A DNA stretch of 64,000 nucleotides from Paludibacteraceae bacterium. GTDB lineage: Bacteria > Bacteroidota > Bacteroidia > Bacteroidales > Paludibacteraceae. Positions 10,404 to 18,979 of this stretch are shown one piece after another. The notes beneath the pieces were generated by a model. That model saw only the letters and a list, made by a program, of their open reading frames with translations. It was not told where the DNA came from and made no database searches. The position numbers were made by a program, and so were the translations under genes. Location of the stretch: positions 6,284-70,283 of the forward strand of contig JAKSKZ010000013.1 in assembly GCA_024401475.1 (NCBI GenBank), given 5' to 3'. The stretch's first letter is position 1, and every line of letters starts with the position of its first letter.

Positions 10404-11360
10404 CTACTTAGCTGATTCGAAAAGAGTGTGGCTAAAAATACGGCACTTTTCTTCGATAAATTGGATTCTCAAAGTTGCATCAATCCATGGCTGCGGTATG
10501 CCGCAAGGTCCACCAACTCCATAGATGATGCCTGCCAATCCGCCAGTGACGCAGGCAACCGTGTCTGTGTCGTAGCCGAAATTCACGGCAGCCAGCACCG
10601 CCTCTCTGTAGCTTGCCGTATGGTGGATGCACCAAAGCGCCGTCCGCAACGTGTCGACGACATAGCCAGTACTTACCACCTCTTCGTCTTTGACGAAAAG
10701 AAGGTCGTAAAGGGTTTTGTAAACGACCACCTTCGTTTTTTCTGAAGCAGTCTTTACGGCATCGTCAAACGGAATGCCCCGCATCAAGTCGCGCGCGATA
10801 TTGATGCAGATGACGCAAGCCTCGGTAGATTGTTCATGAGCGTGCGTCACAGCCGACGCCTGCCTGATCTCGTCATCCGAAAAGTTGCAGAATGCCATCG
10901 GCAAGATTCTCATAAGAGAGCCGTTGCCGTTCTCTGACTCATTTCGTCCGCCACAATTTTCAATGGGCATTCCAGCGAGATAGTTTGACATGGCCTTGTC
11001 GATGCAACCGCCCAGACCGAAAGGAGTCTCTTCTATAGAACAATTCTCGCCGGCATCCCACCATTGGATGAATTTCCGCATCATCAGTTCGCTATTCAGC
11101 TTTCCTTTGGCTTCGACAATCGCATCCATGGAGGCAAGTGCCATGGATGTGTCGTCCGACCATGCTCCCCACGGGATACCCGACCAGCGAGACACCCGCG
11201 GGATTCCACCATGCTGCGTATCACAATGATAACCCGAAGCACGGAATGTTCCTCTTGTTTCAAACTCAAAAGGCACGCCCAAAGCATCGCCAACCGCCAT
11301 GCCTAACAGGCAGCTCTTAATTTGCTCAATCGTATATTTCTCTTGTCGTATTGTTGTCAT
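10404..11360 (-). CDS. ADP-ribosylglycohydrolase (ARH/DraG-like) family protein
   Basis: 318 aa with the family motifs GMAVGDALGVPFEF, AWSDDTSMAL and YDTDTVACVTGGLAG, so the metal-binding acidic residues look intact. It is the last gene of a five-gene minus-strand operon. Confidence 0.88.
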   Translation of the reverse strand: MTTIRQEKYTIEQIKSCLLGMAVGDALGVPFEFETRGTFRASGYHCDTQHGGIPRVSRWSGIPWGAWSDDTSMALASMDAIVEAKGKLNSELMMRKFIQWWDAGENCSIEETPFGLGGCIDKAMSNYLAGMPIENCGGRNESENGNGSLMRILPMAFCNFSDDEIRQASAVTHAHEQSTEACVICINIARDLMRGIPFDDAVKTASEKTKVVVYKTLYDLLFVKDEEVVSTGYVVDTLRTALWCIHHTASYREAVLAAVNFGYDTDTVACVTGGLAGIIYGVGGPCGIPQPWIDATLRIQFIEEKCRIFSHTLFESAK

Positions 11361-11422
11361 GGTTAGTCCTATTTGGTTGTTATGAATTCACTGTTTTTCA
11401 TTTTTCGGTAAGAAGTGGCGTA

Positions 11423-12187
11423 TTATAAACTTTTCGGAGATACTCCAATCCCTTCATACCTTTCGTTAATCTCATCGTTGATGATTGGTCGTTGGTGCTG
11501 ATAGAAACCCCTCAAGTCGTCGATGCATTTTCGGAGGCGAGCTGCAAACTGGTCCATTGTAATGTCGGGCATGGAATTGATGAGTTCGAACACGCTATCT
11601 TCGTTTCTTCTGTATATTGAGAAGGAATCAATCATACCTTCGTTTAAGAGTCTTTTGTCTTTCACAAGAAAATCATGGATGTCGTAATCTCTAGTAAAAT
11701 GACTATATCGTTTGATATTGTGAATCTCAAATATGCAATCTGGATGTTGAGAAGAGAACAGACGATTGCTTTTCAGTCTATCGATCAAAGCCTCGTATTC
11801 CAAATTCTTCTGCTTCAATTCAAGACGTAATGCGGCGTTTTTCTGTTCATCCGCAAACGGACGACGCAAATTTCGTGTGAACTCGTAATACGATTTCCAA
11901 CGGATTGACAAATAATTGTCACTCGCCATGTATTCCAACAAGTCGCCAAGTTCCATATCGCCGTTCTCACGATAGAGGGCAGCCTCTTTCTTTAACTCCT
12001 GCCTACTATGTTCCACCAAGTCTTTGTTGATTTGCTTTATCCCAATCCTCAAATCCTTGACGCTATCAAGAACATCATAGTACTCGGCGATCAAGTTGCA
12101 AAATGTTTCCCTCTCATTTGGCATATAATTATCTTTATACCACGCTGACTTAGTTACTAAATCAATCATTAATTGTTTTTTGTTCAT
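11423..12187 (-). CDS. hypothetical protein (paralog of the N-terminal two thirds of 13285..14424)
   Basis: 254 aa, acidic and helical, with no signal peptide or TM segment. It shares blocks with the 13285..14424 product: KSAWYKDNY/QSGWFNQEF, ENGDMELGDLLEY/EDGDMFAAQLIRN, IKRYSHFTRDYDIHDF/TKAKHFNHYTRKHDILSF. Confidence 0.6.
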   Translation of the reverse strand: MNKKQLMIDLVTKSAWYKDNYMPNERETFCNLIAEYYDVLDSVKDLRIGIKQINKDLVEHSRQELKKEAALYRENGDMELGDLLEYMASDNYLSIRWKSYYEFTRNLRRPFADEQKNAALRLELKQKNLEYEALIDRLKSNRLFSSQHPDCIFEIHNIKRYSHFTRDYDIHDFLVKDKRLLNEGMIDSFSIYRRNEDSVFELINSMPDITMDQFAARLRKCIDDLRGFYQHQRPIINDEINERYEGIGVSPKSL

Positions 12188-12223
12188 GACAATAAATTTT
12201 TTTAGTCATCGAAATGACGGGTT

Positions 12224-12781
12224 TTACAATTCTATTTCTTCGTTCGATAAAGTATCAACTACCTGCTGCAACGAGTAAGCTTCGAACTTCTTCTTGGCTT
12301 CAGTATATCTCCTGCTGATTTCTAAAAATGAATAAAACACAGTATGAAATCGATTGAAGCTCATAGATTTCACCCTTCCATCGGGGTAAACGATGCCGCA
12401 ACAATTTGCGCCACTAAGGGGGCTGCCCCCCCATCTATAAGTAAGTGCATCGTTTCCTTCTTTGTCTTTTGTCGTATCAACTTCGCAATTAAGCCACCAT
12501 TCAAGATAGATGCCCAAGGTCGGGGTGGATCTGCATTTCCCTGAAATGGACAATCCGTTTTCTATCGGAACAGGGGCTAAAAACATCCGGCTGTCGCTAA
12601 AAATGCGGTGTGCGTTCCGAAAGAAGAGAAATGCATTTTTTAAGAATAGCCTCCTGTTTGCATCTGCATCAAAAGATGTCGTCTCGTTCACATTCGATTG
12701 CTTTTTTGGGAAACAAGTTAGTTCCTCTCCATTCAACAATACTATTCGATTGTCCGAAACCTCAAACATTTGTTTTTCCAT
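12224..12781 (-). CDS. hypothetical protein
   Basis: The track ORF runs to 12841. The likely start is the ATG at 12779-12781 (MEKQMFEV), which leaves a 26-nt spacer after the upstream gene. I recognise no motif. Confidence 0.55.
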   Translation of the reverse strand: MEKQMFEVSDNRIVLLNGEELTCFPKKQSNVNETTSFDADANRRLFLKNAFLFFRNAHRIFSDSRMFLAPVPIENGLSISGKCRSTPTLGIYLEWWLNCEVDTTKDKEGNDALTYRWGGSPLSGANCCGIVYPDGRVKSMSFNRFHTVFYSFLEISRRYTEAKKKFEAYSLQQVVDTLSNEEIEL

Positions 12782-12807
12782 AAGATTGAATTTATAGAGA
12801 TTATTAA

Positions 12808-13227
12808 TTAAAACTCTTGGGCGATTTGAGCATCGCCCCATTTATGGGCTTTTTTATAGCGGCAAACCTCCGCATTCAGCAAAGGCAAATATTGTATGAT
12901 GGAGCCTTGCAATTTCTCACAAAAATCCACCATGTCGGCAAACGCCTTCTTTCTGGCACCTTGATGTGAAAGTCTTCTTCCCTCAACTTCATTCCACTCA
13001 TCGCCCTCCTTGCAATGAGAAGTGTATTCTGTTTCTATCACTTCTCCCATCAGCCGATATCCTAAATAGAGAAAAGTATATCGAACTAATCCCCATTGGT
13101 TGGAAATACAAGGTGTTTCGTTGTCACGATTGGTCACAAGGAAACGAAACTTACATTTCACAGTCTTTTCCTCCTCGTTCACCTCATAGTCGGAATGTAT
13201 TTCTTGAATTTTAAAAATCTTACTCAT
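12808..13227 (-). CDS. hypothetical small protein
   Basis: 139 aa. It reads as a beta-rich N-terminal half followed by HCKEGDEWNEVEGRRLSHQGARKKAFADM. That pattern reminds me of small phage or plasmid proteins, but I cannot name the family. Confidence 0.55.
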   Translation of the reverse strand: MSKIFKIQEIHSDYEVNEEEKTVKCKFRFLVTNRDNETPCISNQWGLVRYTFLYLGYRLMGEVIETEYTSHCKEGDEWNEVEGRRLSHQGARKKAFADMVDFCEKLQGSIIQYLPLLNAEVCRYKKAHKWGDAQIAQEF

Positions 13228-13284
13228 ACTATTATAATTATTGGTTTCCTCAGTATATTATAACACAAGAAGAAGGAATTAGAA

Positions 13285-14424
13285 CTATAAGACTTGAAAG
13301 CGTTCCATATTTTTTCTTTTCATCAACTCTTCCAACTTGTTGAGAAAAAAGGTATAATCCTTTTCTGCGAAGAATATATTGAAAAGATCTTTTTTCATTT
13401 TGGCTTTCTCCTCTTTGCTGCTTTCGTCATTTAGAGGTCCGATACAAAATTCGCAGATGAATAAAATCAAACCATGTGACACGTCAAATTGGTTGATATG
13501 AGGAGAATACTTCATCATTTTCTCGATTTCAGCTTTGAAGTCGAAGCCTAACTTTGCTGCATCCAGCAGATGCTCTATTTTTTCCGCTTGCGTCAATTCT
13601 CTATACTCAGACGAACATGGATCGAAATAGGTTCGGACAGACGACGTTATCTTTTTGCATGCCTCCATCGCTTCCGTCATGCCATACAAATTCTTCTTTT
13701 CCAAAATCAATTGGTCCAGTTCGCTTTCGCAATCGTAGATGGCATTTATCGCCTTCTCGACATAATCATCCATCCAAGACAAAAGCTCTGTTGCCCCTGT
13801 TTCCTGCAACTTTTTGTAAATTTCCATTTCGCCCAGTCTATAGGAAGGGAAAGAGACGGAAACCTCATCCGAATATAATCTAAAACTCAATATGTCATGC
13901 TTACGTGTATAATGGTTGAAGTGTTTTGCTTTAGTGATTTTCAATAAGTTGAAAACACTTTTCTCTCCTACTTTGAGTTGATCTATATCTCTTAATGCAG
14001 ATGATGAGTTGCTCGGCAAAATCAATTGTTCCAATTTGCTGACAATTCGTTGATACTCAACCTCCATTTCGGCTTTTTGACTCAAGAAAAGTTGTGGATT
14101 CTCGTTGTCTCCTTCAATACAGCGTTTGATGTTGTGAGCACAGAATTTTCTATAATCGTCATAGTCCAAATGGTTTCTGATTAATTGGGCTGCAAACATA
14201 TCGCCATCCTCTTCTTGTTTAAGTGCAAGTAATTCCAAGGTATAATCGGCGTATTCCCTCAATTGAGAATTGAAGCGATCCATTTTCAACCCTACCTCTC
14301 TATACAGTTCTTGATATTCGAAGTATTTCTTAATTATTTCCTCAAAAGCAACTTTTTGCTCGTCTGTGAATTCTTGGTTAAACCAACCAGACTGCTTTAC
14401 TCTATTTAACTCTCTCTTCTTCAT
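13285..14424 (-). CDS. hypothetical protein (longer paralog of 11423..12187)
   Basis: The track ORF starts at 14469. Alignment with the paralog favours the ATG at 14422-14424 (MKKRELNRVKQSGWF). It is the first gene of the operon, with no recognisable catalytic motif, Walker motif or TM segment. Confidence 0.6.
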   Translation of the reverse strand: MKKRELNRVKQSGWFNQEFTDEQKVAFEEIIKKYFEYQELYREVGLKMDRFNSQLREYADYTLELLALKQEEDGDMFAAQLIRNHLDYDDYRKFCAHNIKRCIEGDNENPQLFLSQKAEMEVEYQRIVSKLEQLILPSNSSSALRDIDQLKVGEKSVFNLLKITKAKHFNHYTRKHDILSFRLYSDEVSVSFPSYRLGEMEIYKKLQETGATELLSWMDDYVEKAINAIYDCESELDQLILEKKNLYGMTEAMEACKKITSSVRTYFDPCSSEYRELTQAEKIEHLLDAAKLGFDFKAEIEKMMKYSPHINQFDVSHGLILFICEFCIGPLNDESSKEEKAKMKKDLFNIFFAEKDYTFFLNKLEELMKRKNMERFQVL

Positions 14425-14594
14425 AAGCTCGTAATTTATATTCTTTAACCATATATAAAATGAAATCATGAAATTAGAACCACATCGGAGGGATTTTATA
14501 TTTATCGATTGTGTAAAATGCTTGTTTTTAGATTATTATGATATAAAAATAGAAACGTTTTTTTACTTCATAACTTGGATAGTTTTTTTTGTTC

Positions 14595-14690
14595 CTTGAT
14601 AAAAGTGTAATGATATGACATTTTTATCTTGATAAAAGTGTAAGTAAATAGCATTTTTATCTTGATAAAAGTGTTGTACTGTAAAAAATG
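14595..14690 (+). repeat. three tandem copies of a 33-bp unit (core cttgataaaagtgt)
   Basis: The core recurs at 14595-14608, 14628-14641 and 14661-14674, a 33-bp period. Copies 2 and 3 share catttttatcttgataaaagtgt. The repeats lie immediately upstream of the DUF4143 ATPase gene. Confidence 0.8.
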
Positions 14691-14692
14691 AC

Positions 14693-14700
14693 TATTTTTG
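14693..14700 (+). promoter_or_regulatory. candidate Bacteroidetes -7 promoter box (TAnnTTTG)
   Basis: tatttttg at 14693-14700 matches TAnnTTTG. It sits 16 nt upstream of the ATG at 14716, and the TTG of repeat copy 3 lies about 30 nt further upstream. Confidence 0.4.
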
Positions 14701-14715
14701 CAGAAAATTAGATTT

Positions 14716-15999
14716 ATGCAAAGAGAATGTTTTGAACAACTTATAGAGTGGAAAAATAGTTCGAGAAGAAAACCTTTAATAGTAGAGGGAGCTCGCCAAG
14801 TGGGAAAAACATGGTTGGTGAAGGAGTTCGGCAATAGTCATTACCAAAATTGTATCTATATCAATTTTGAACAAGAAAAGAAATTACAGGGTTTGTTTGA
14901 ACAAGATTTAAATCCTAAAAGGATTATCGAGACATTGCAACTATATGCTAATAAGTCTATAACGCCTAATGACTCTCTCTTATTCTTTGACGAAATACAA
15001 GCTGCGCCATCAGGGATAACATCGTTGAAATATTTCTACGAAAATGCACCTGAATACCATGTCATTGCTGCAGGTTCTCTTCTTGGCATGAGTGTGCATA
15101 CAGGAGAATCTTTCCCTGTTGGAAAGGTGAACTTTCTCCAAATGCATCCAATGTCCTTTGTGGAATTTTTAAAGGCAATTGGCAAAGAACAATTGGCGAA
15201 TGCTCTTTTGAATCAAAGATGGGACATCCTTCATCCTTTCCACGACGAACTATGTAAGGCATTAAAACAATATCTTGTAGTAGGGGGAATGCCGGAAGTC
15301 GTAAAGGAGTTTGCCGAAAGAAGAAATTTTAATGATGTTCAAGAAATACAACGAGATATACTAGATTCCTATGAACGTGATTTTTCCAAGCATGCACCAA
15401 TAAACGAACTTCCTAGAATACGGCAAGTTTGGGAATCAGTTCCTGTTCAACTTGCAAAAGAGAATAAGAAATTCATTTATGGATTGTTGAGAGAAGGAGC
15501 TCGAGCTAAGGATTACGAACTTGCTATCAATTGGATTTGCGACGCGGGCTTGCTTTTGAAGAATAACCGTATTATAAAACCGGAATTGCCGTTGTGTCAT
15601 TATGTCGAGTCAGATATATTTAAGTTGTATCTTGTCGATGTGGGATTACTTTCCGCATTAAGCAATCTGCGTCCGGAAATAATACTTGAAGGGAATCGTA
15701 TTTTTACTGAATATAAGGGAGCTCTAACAGAGCAATTCGTACATCAGCAGTTAGTCCAAAACAAATACGAAGGCGTATATTATTGGACAAACGACCGCAG
15801 TACAGCTGAAGTTGATTTTGTGATTCAGAAAGATGGTGAAGTCGTGCCGATTGAAGTAAAGGCAGAGACTAATGTCCATGCAAAAAGTTTCAAACTGTTT
15901 TGCGAAAAATACACTCCTTCAACGGCAATTAGGACGTCAATGTTGCCGTATAAAGAAGAAAGTTGGATGACGAATGTTCCTTTATATGGAATCATGTAA
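14716..15999 (+). CDS. AAA family ATPase with DUF4143-type C-terminal domain
   Basis: Walker A is EGARQVGKTW and Walker B is LLFFDEIQ. The C-terminal part resembles the restriction-endonuclease-like DUF4143 region (STAEVDFVIQKDGEVVPIEVK). The start is taken at the second ATG (MQRECFEQLIEWKNSS) because that is how this family typically begins. Confidence 0.82.
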   Translation: MQRECFEQLIEWKNSSRRKPLIVEGARQVGKTWLVKEFGNSHYQNCIYINFEQEKKLQGLFEQDLNPKRIIETLQLYANKSITPNDSLLFFDEIQAAPSGITSLKYFYENAPEYHVIAAGSLLGMSVHTGESFPVGKVNFLQMHPMSFVEFLKAIGKEQLANALLNQRWDILHPFHDELCKALKQYLVVGGMPEVVKEFAERRNFNDVQEIQRDILDSYERDFSKHAPINELPRIRQVWESVPVQLAKENKKFIYGLLREGARAKDYELAINWICDAGLLLKNNRIIKPELPLCHYVESDIFKLYLVDVGLLSALSNLRPEIILEGNRIFTEYKGALTEQFVHQQLVQNKYEGVYYWTNDRSTAEVDFVIQKDGEVVPIEVKAETNVHAKSFKLFCEKYTPSTAIRTSMLPYKEESWMTNVPLYGIM

Positions 16000-16030
16000 A
16001 GGTTTGTCATTCAACAAACAACCCCAAGCC

Positions 16031-16804
16031 TTATAGTAACGCAAACTTGTCGGCATCCTTATAAGCTGGGAATTTCGATCTGAAGCGGTCTAATCCTTCT
16101 TTGTTGAGTTCGATGGTCTTGATTGCTTCTTGGTCGGGCTCAAAGTTCAAGATGCAAGCACCTTTGTAATCATAAATGGCAGAGTGCCCTACATGGGCAA
16201 ATCCCATTCCGTCCTCGCCTATTCTATTACAACCACAGACATACGCCTCATTTTCAACAGCTCTGGCTGGAAGCAGGACGTCCCATGACGAGATGCGTGC
16301 GGTAGGCCAATTGGCCGTGTATATGAGTAAGTCGTACTCGTTTTCTTGGTTTCTGGCCCATACGGGGAAACGCAAGTCGTAGCAGATCAACAAACGGATA
16401 TTCCATCCTTTGTAGGAGATGATTTCCTTGCTCTCTCCTGCCGAATAAGATTCGACCTCTTTCCCTATGGAGAACAAGTGCTTTTTGTCTCTGAATTGAC
16501 AGTTCCCATCAGGAGTGACGAAGAAGCCTCTATTGAAGTATTTCCCTTCTTGGGTGGCTGCAAAACTACCACAGATGGCCATATCGTATGCTTTTGATAA
16601 TCGTTTGATTGTCTGCATAGTATTGCCATCCTTTGTCTCTGCAATGCCTTGTGGCGTCATGCTGAAACCTGTGCTGAACATTTCTGGCAGAACCAATAAA
16701 TCGGCCCCGTCTTTCCCCATCTTTGCCAACTCATTTTCTATTTTTTGCAAGTTGGATGAGGGGTTCTCCCAAGCTATGTTATATTGAAATATGGCTACTT
16801 TCAT
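16031..16804 (-). CDS. carbon-nitrogen hydrolase (nitrilase superfamily, omega-amidase-like)
   Basis: 257 aa. The Glu-Lys-Cys triad appears in the expected contexts: LLVLPEMFSTG, FRDKKHLF, RLLICYDLRFP. Its ATG overlaps the stop of the upstream gene by 1 nt. Confidence 0.85.
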   Translation of the reverse strand: MKVAIFQYNIAWENPSSNLQKIENELAKMGKDGADLLVLPEMFSTGFSMTPQGIAETKDGNTMQTIKRLSKAYDMAICGSFAATQEGKYFNRGFFVTPDGNCQFRDKKHLFSIGKEVESYSAGESKEIISYKGWNIRLLICYDLRFPVWARNQENEYDLLIYTANWPTARISSWDVLLPARAVENEAYVCGCNRIGEDGMGFAHVGHSAIYDYKGACILNFEPDQEAIKTIELNKEGLDRFRSKFPAYKDADKFALL

Positions 16805-17361
16805 TATTCCTCGATACCTATAGTGAATCCTTCTGGGTTTCTTCCAACAAAGTCTTTAAAATAGAGTTTTATTTGTCGGATATCCTCTGTTTCATTATCT
16901 GTAGGGATGAATATTTTGTCAATACCAATCTCCTTTTTTTTGTAATCCATATAAGTTAGAAGAATGGGAACATTTGCCTTTTTTGCAATATGATAGAATC
17001 CCAATTTCCACTTAGGGTTGGCTTTTCTTGTACCCTCTGGGGTGATGGCCACTTGGAAACGATCTTGTTGATGAAATCTTTCAACAATCTGATCTACTAA
17101 TGATGTCTTTTTATTTCTATCAACAGGAATACCTCCGATTCTGTTGAAAATCAATCCGAAAGGGAATACAAACCAATCTTTTTTGATTAGGAAGGAAGGG
17201 CGTTTTCCACCAATGGCACAAAACATGATTTTGCCCAAGATGAAATCGAAATTACTTGTGTGAGGAGCCACACAGAAAATACATTTGTTAGGAATTTCAA
17301 CAGAGACGACAGCCTTCCAACCAATCATCTTCATTAAAAATTGACATATCTTTTGTTTCAT
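16804..17361 (-). CDS. lysophospholipid (1-acyl-sn-glycerol-3-phosphate) acyltransferase family protein
   Basis: 185 aa. It has the HX4D motif (APHTSNFD) and the EGTR motif (ITPEGTRKAN). Confidence 0.8.
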   Translation of the reverse strand: MKQKICQFLMKMIGWKAVVSVEIPNKCIFCVAPHTSNFDFILGKIMFCAIGGKRPSFLIKKDWFVFPFGLIFNRIGGIPVDRNKKTSLVDQIVERFHQQDRFQVAITPEGTRKANPKWKLGFYHIAKKANVPILLTYMDYKKKEIGIDKIFIPTDNETEDIRQIKLYFKDFVGRNPEGFTIGIEE

Positions 17362-17458
17362 AACTTTTTCTAACCTAAAAAGGAATAATAAAAATTATTA
17401 TTTGTATTTTGCTACAAAAATAGAATATTCTAATAGAATGAGCAAGTCATTGACCTAT

Positions 17459-18751
17459 TCAGTTTTCAATGTTTGCTTTTAGATTATTGTCATATTTTTT
17501 TACGATAAAGAAGAGCCATCCATAGTTGATGAGAATCATAACAACATTGGCAATGCAATAAAGGGATATGGCAACATTAAAATCTTTTACATAGATACCA
17601 TAACAAAGGCTGGCTAATCTTGCCAAGAAATGTAGGATCTCTATTAGCAGTCCTACTCGTTGGCGAAGGAATAGGTCTGTGAAATAGCATATTGGGGCGA
17701 CCAAAAGCGACGTGGCAAGCCAAGGCAACATCATTCTAACGAACTCGCTCGTCTGTTCCCATCCATCCCCTAAAAGTATATTGACGAGCGAAGGGGTGAT
17801 GAAATATATGATCGTTAGCAAGGGAATGGCAACCGAAAGAGTTGTCCGACTAAACTTTTTAAAGAATGGCATTATCGGTTGTTTGTCGTTGACATTCTGA
17901 GCTGATTTTTGAAAAAAGACTTGATATAGAGATGTGGACAAGATGTTTATTGGCCTGAAAGCCAAAGCAATGGCAAGACTGAAATAGCCAATGTTGTCAT
18001 TTGAAAAATAGAAAGGCAATAGAAAGAATGGTAGATTGCCACTTACGTAGTTGACGAACGAACGAGGCAAGGAAAGCAGCGGGAATTTTGCATATCTGAC
18101 CGCATTCTTTTTACAGTTTTCCCAATCAAAAAATCGTAATGGCTTGAGTTGTGGAAGTGAGGATAATACATTGTGAATCAATGCTATAAATTGTCCTATG
18201 ACCGTTGCGACCGACATGCCGCAGAATGCTATTTTTATATAGCCGAAAATGATTTTAAATAAAGAAATGCTTGTGGCTTGTGTGGTTTGAAAAATGGCGA
18301 TTTTATTGAATTCTGCGTTTTTGGTGTACCAAGAATTTAGTACGTTCCAGAGGGCGCATAGAAAAATATAGGGGGCAATCAGCAGGATGGTCTCTCCTAT
18401 TTTATTGATGCTTGAATCAGCAAATAAATAGACGAAGATAGAGACTAAACCCGCCATGGCACATACCATGGTTGTGCTGATTGTGCTGAGGTGAACGCAA
18501 GCCGCTGAATCCTCCTTCTCTTTAGGAAGAAGGACGGCATTATGGTATTCTGCATTGGCCAACAAGGTTAGCACTCCGCATAGGCTCGTGAAGATACTAT
18601 AGACTCCAAAATCTTCGGATGTGTAGATACGAGTAAGCAGTGGATAGATCAAGAATCCAATGGCAGTGGCCACCGTATTTCCTGAAAGCAAGGCTAATAC
18701 GCTTTTAAACGATTGGGAAATTAGCTTGTTATCTGCTTGTTTTTCTGTCAT
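17459..18751 (-). CDS. oligosaccharide/polysaccharide flippase (MOP/Wzx-like) membrane protein
   Basis: 430 aa, hydrophobic throughout, with roughly 12 predicted TM segments in the layout typical of Wzx-type polysaccharide biosynthesis proteins. Confidence 0.7.
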   Translation of the reverse strand: MTEKQADNKLISQSFKSVLALLSGNTVATAIGFLIYPLLTRIYTSEDFGVYSIFTSLCGVLTLLANAEYHNAVLLPKEKEDSAACVHLSTISTTMVCAMAGLVSIFVYLFADSSINKIGETILLIAPYIFLCALWNVLNSWYTKNAEFNKIAIFQTTQATSISLFKIIFGYIKIAFCGMSVATVIGQFIALIHNVLSSLPQLKPLRFFDWENCKKNAVRYAKFPLLSLPRSFVNYVSGNLPFFLLPFYFSNDNIGYFSLAIALAFRPINILSTSLYQVFFQKSAQNVNDKQPIMPFFKKFSRTTLSVAIPLLTIIYFITPSLVNILLGDGWEQTSEFVRMMLPWLATSLLVAPICYFTDLFLRQRVGLLIEILHFLARLASLCYGIYVKDFNVAISLYCIANVVMILINYGWLFFIVKKYDNNLKANIEN

Positions 18752-18791
18752 TTCGTATCGTTTTCCTAAATACTAAGGTATAGTTATAGAA

Positions 18792-18820
18792 CAAAAAAAG
18801 CACCTCTAATAGAGATGCTT
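18792..18820 (-). terminator. rho-independent terminator after tRNA-Gln
   Basis: Stem agcacctct (18799-18807) pairs with agagatgct (18811-18819), including one G-U pair, around a 3-nt loop. A plus-strand A-run at 18793-18799 gives a T-run on the minus strand. Confidence 0.55.
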
Positions 18821-18822
18821 TG

Positions 18823-18893
18823 TTGTCTCACAAGGATTCGAACCCTGACAAGCAGTGCCAGAAACTGATGTGCTACCATTACACCATGAGACA
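18823..18893 (-). tRNA. tRNA-Gln (anticodon CTG)
   Basis: The reverse complement reads TGTCTCA-TG-GTGT-AATGGTA-GCAC-A-TCAGT-TTCTGGC-ACTGC-TTGT-CAGGG-TTCGAAT-CCTTG-TGAGACA-A. This folds as a cloverleaf with a 7-bp acceptor stem, U8, A14, G18G19, a TTCGAAT T-loop and an anticodon loop TT-CTG-GC. CCA is not encoded. Confidence 0.85.
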
Positions 18894-18979
18894 ATCTCCA
18901 AATACCTTTCGGATTTGCGATGCAAATGTACGCTTTTTTTGTAAAATACAAAAATATGAAAGGGTTTTTGTTGGTTTAT

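Noticed and set aside
10404-14469. The ARH operon considered as a prophage or integrative element.
   Set aside because: The operon and its flanks contain no integrase, terminase, capsid, portal or tail genes, no flanking direct repeats and no tRNA target. I could find only gene content of unknown function.
14568-14834. 88-aa minus-strand ORF with a reiterated TFIKIKM peptide.
   Set aside because: It is an artefact of translating the three 33-bp tandem repeats. It also overlaps the 5' end of the well-supported DUF4143 ATPase gene on the other strand.
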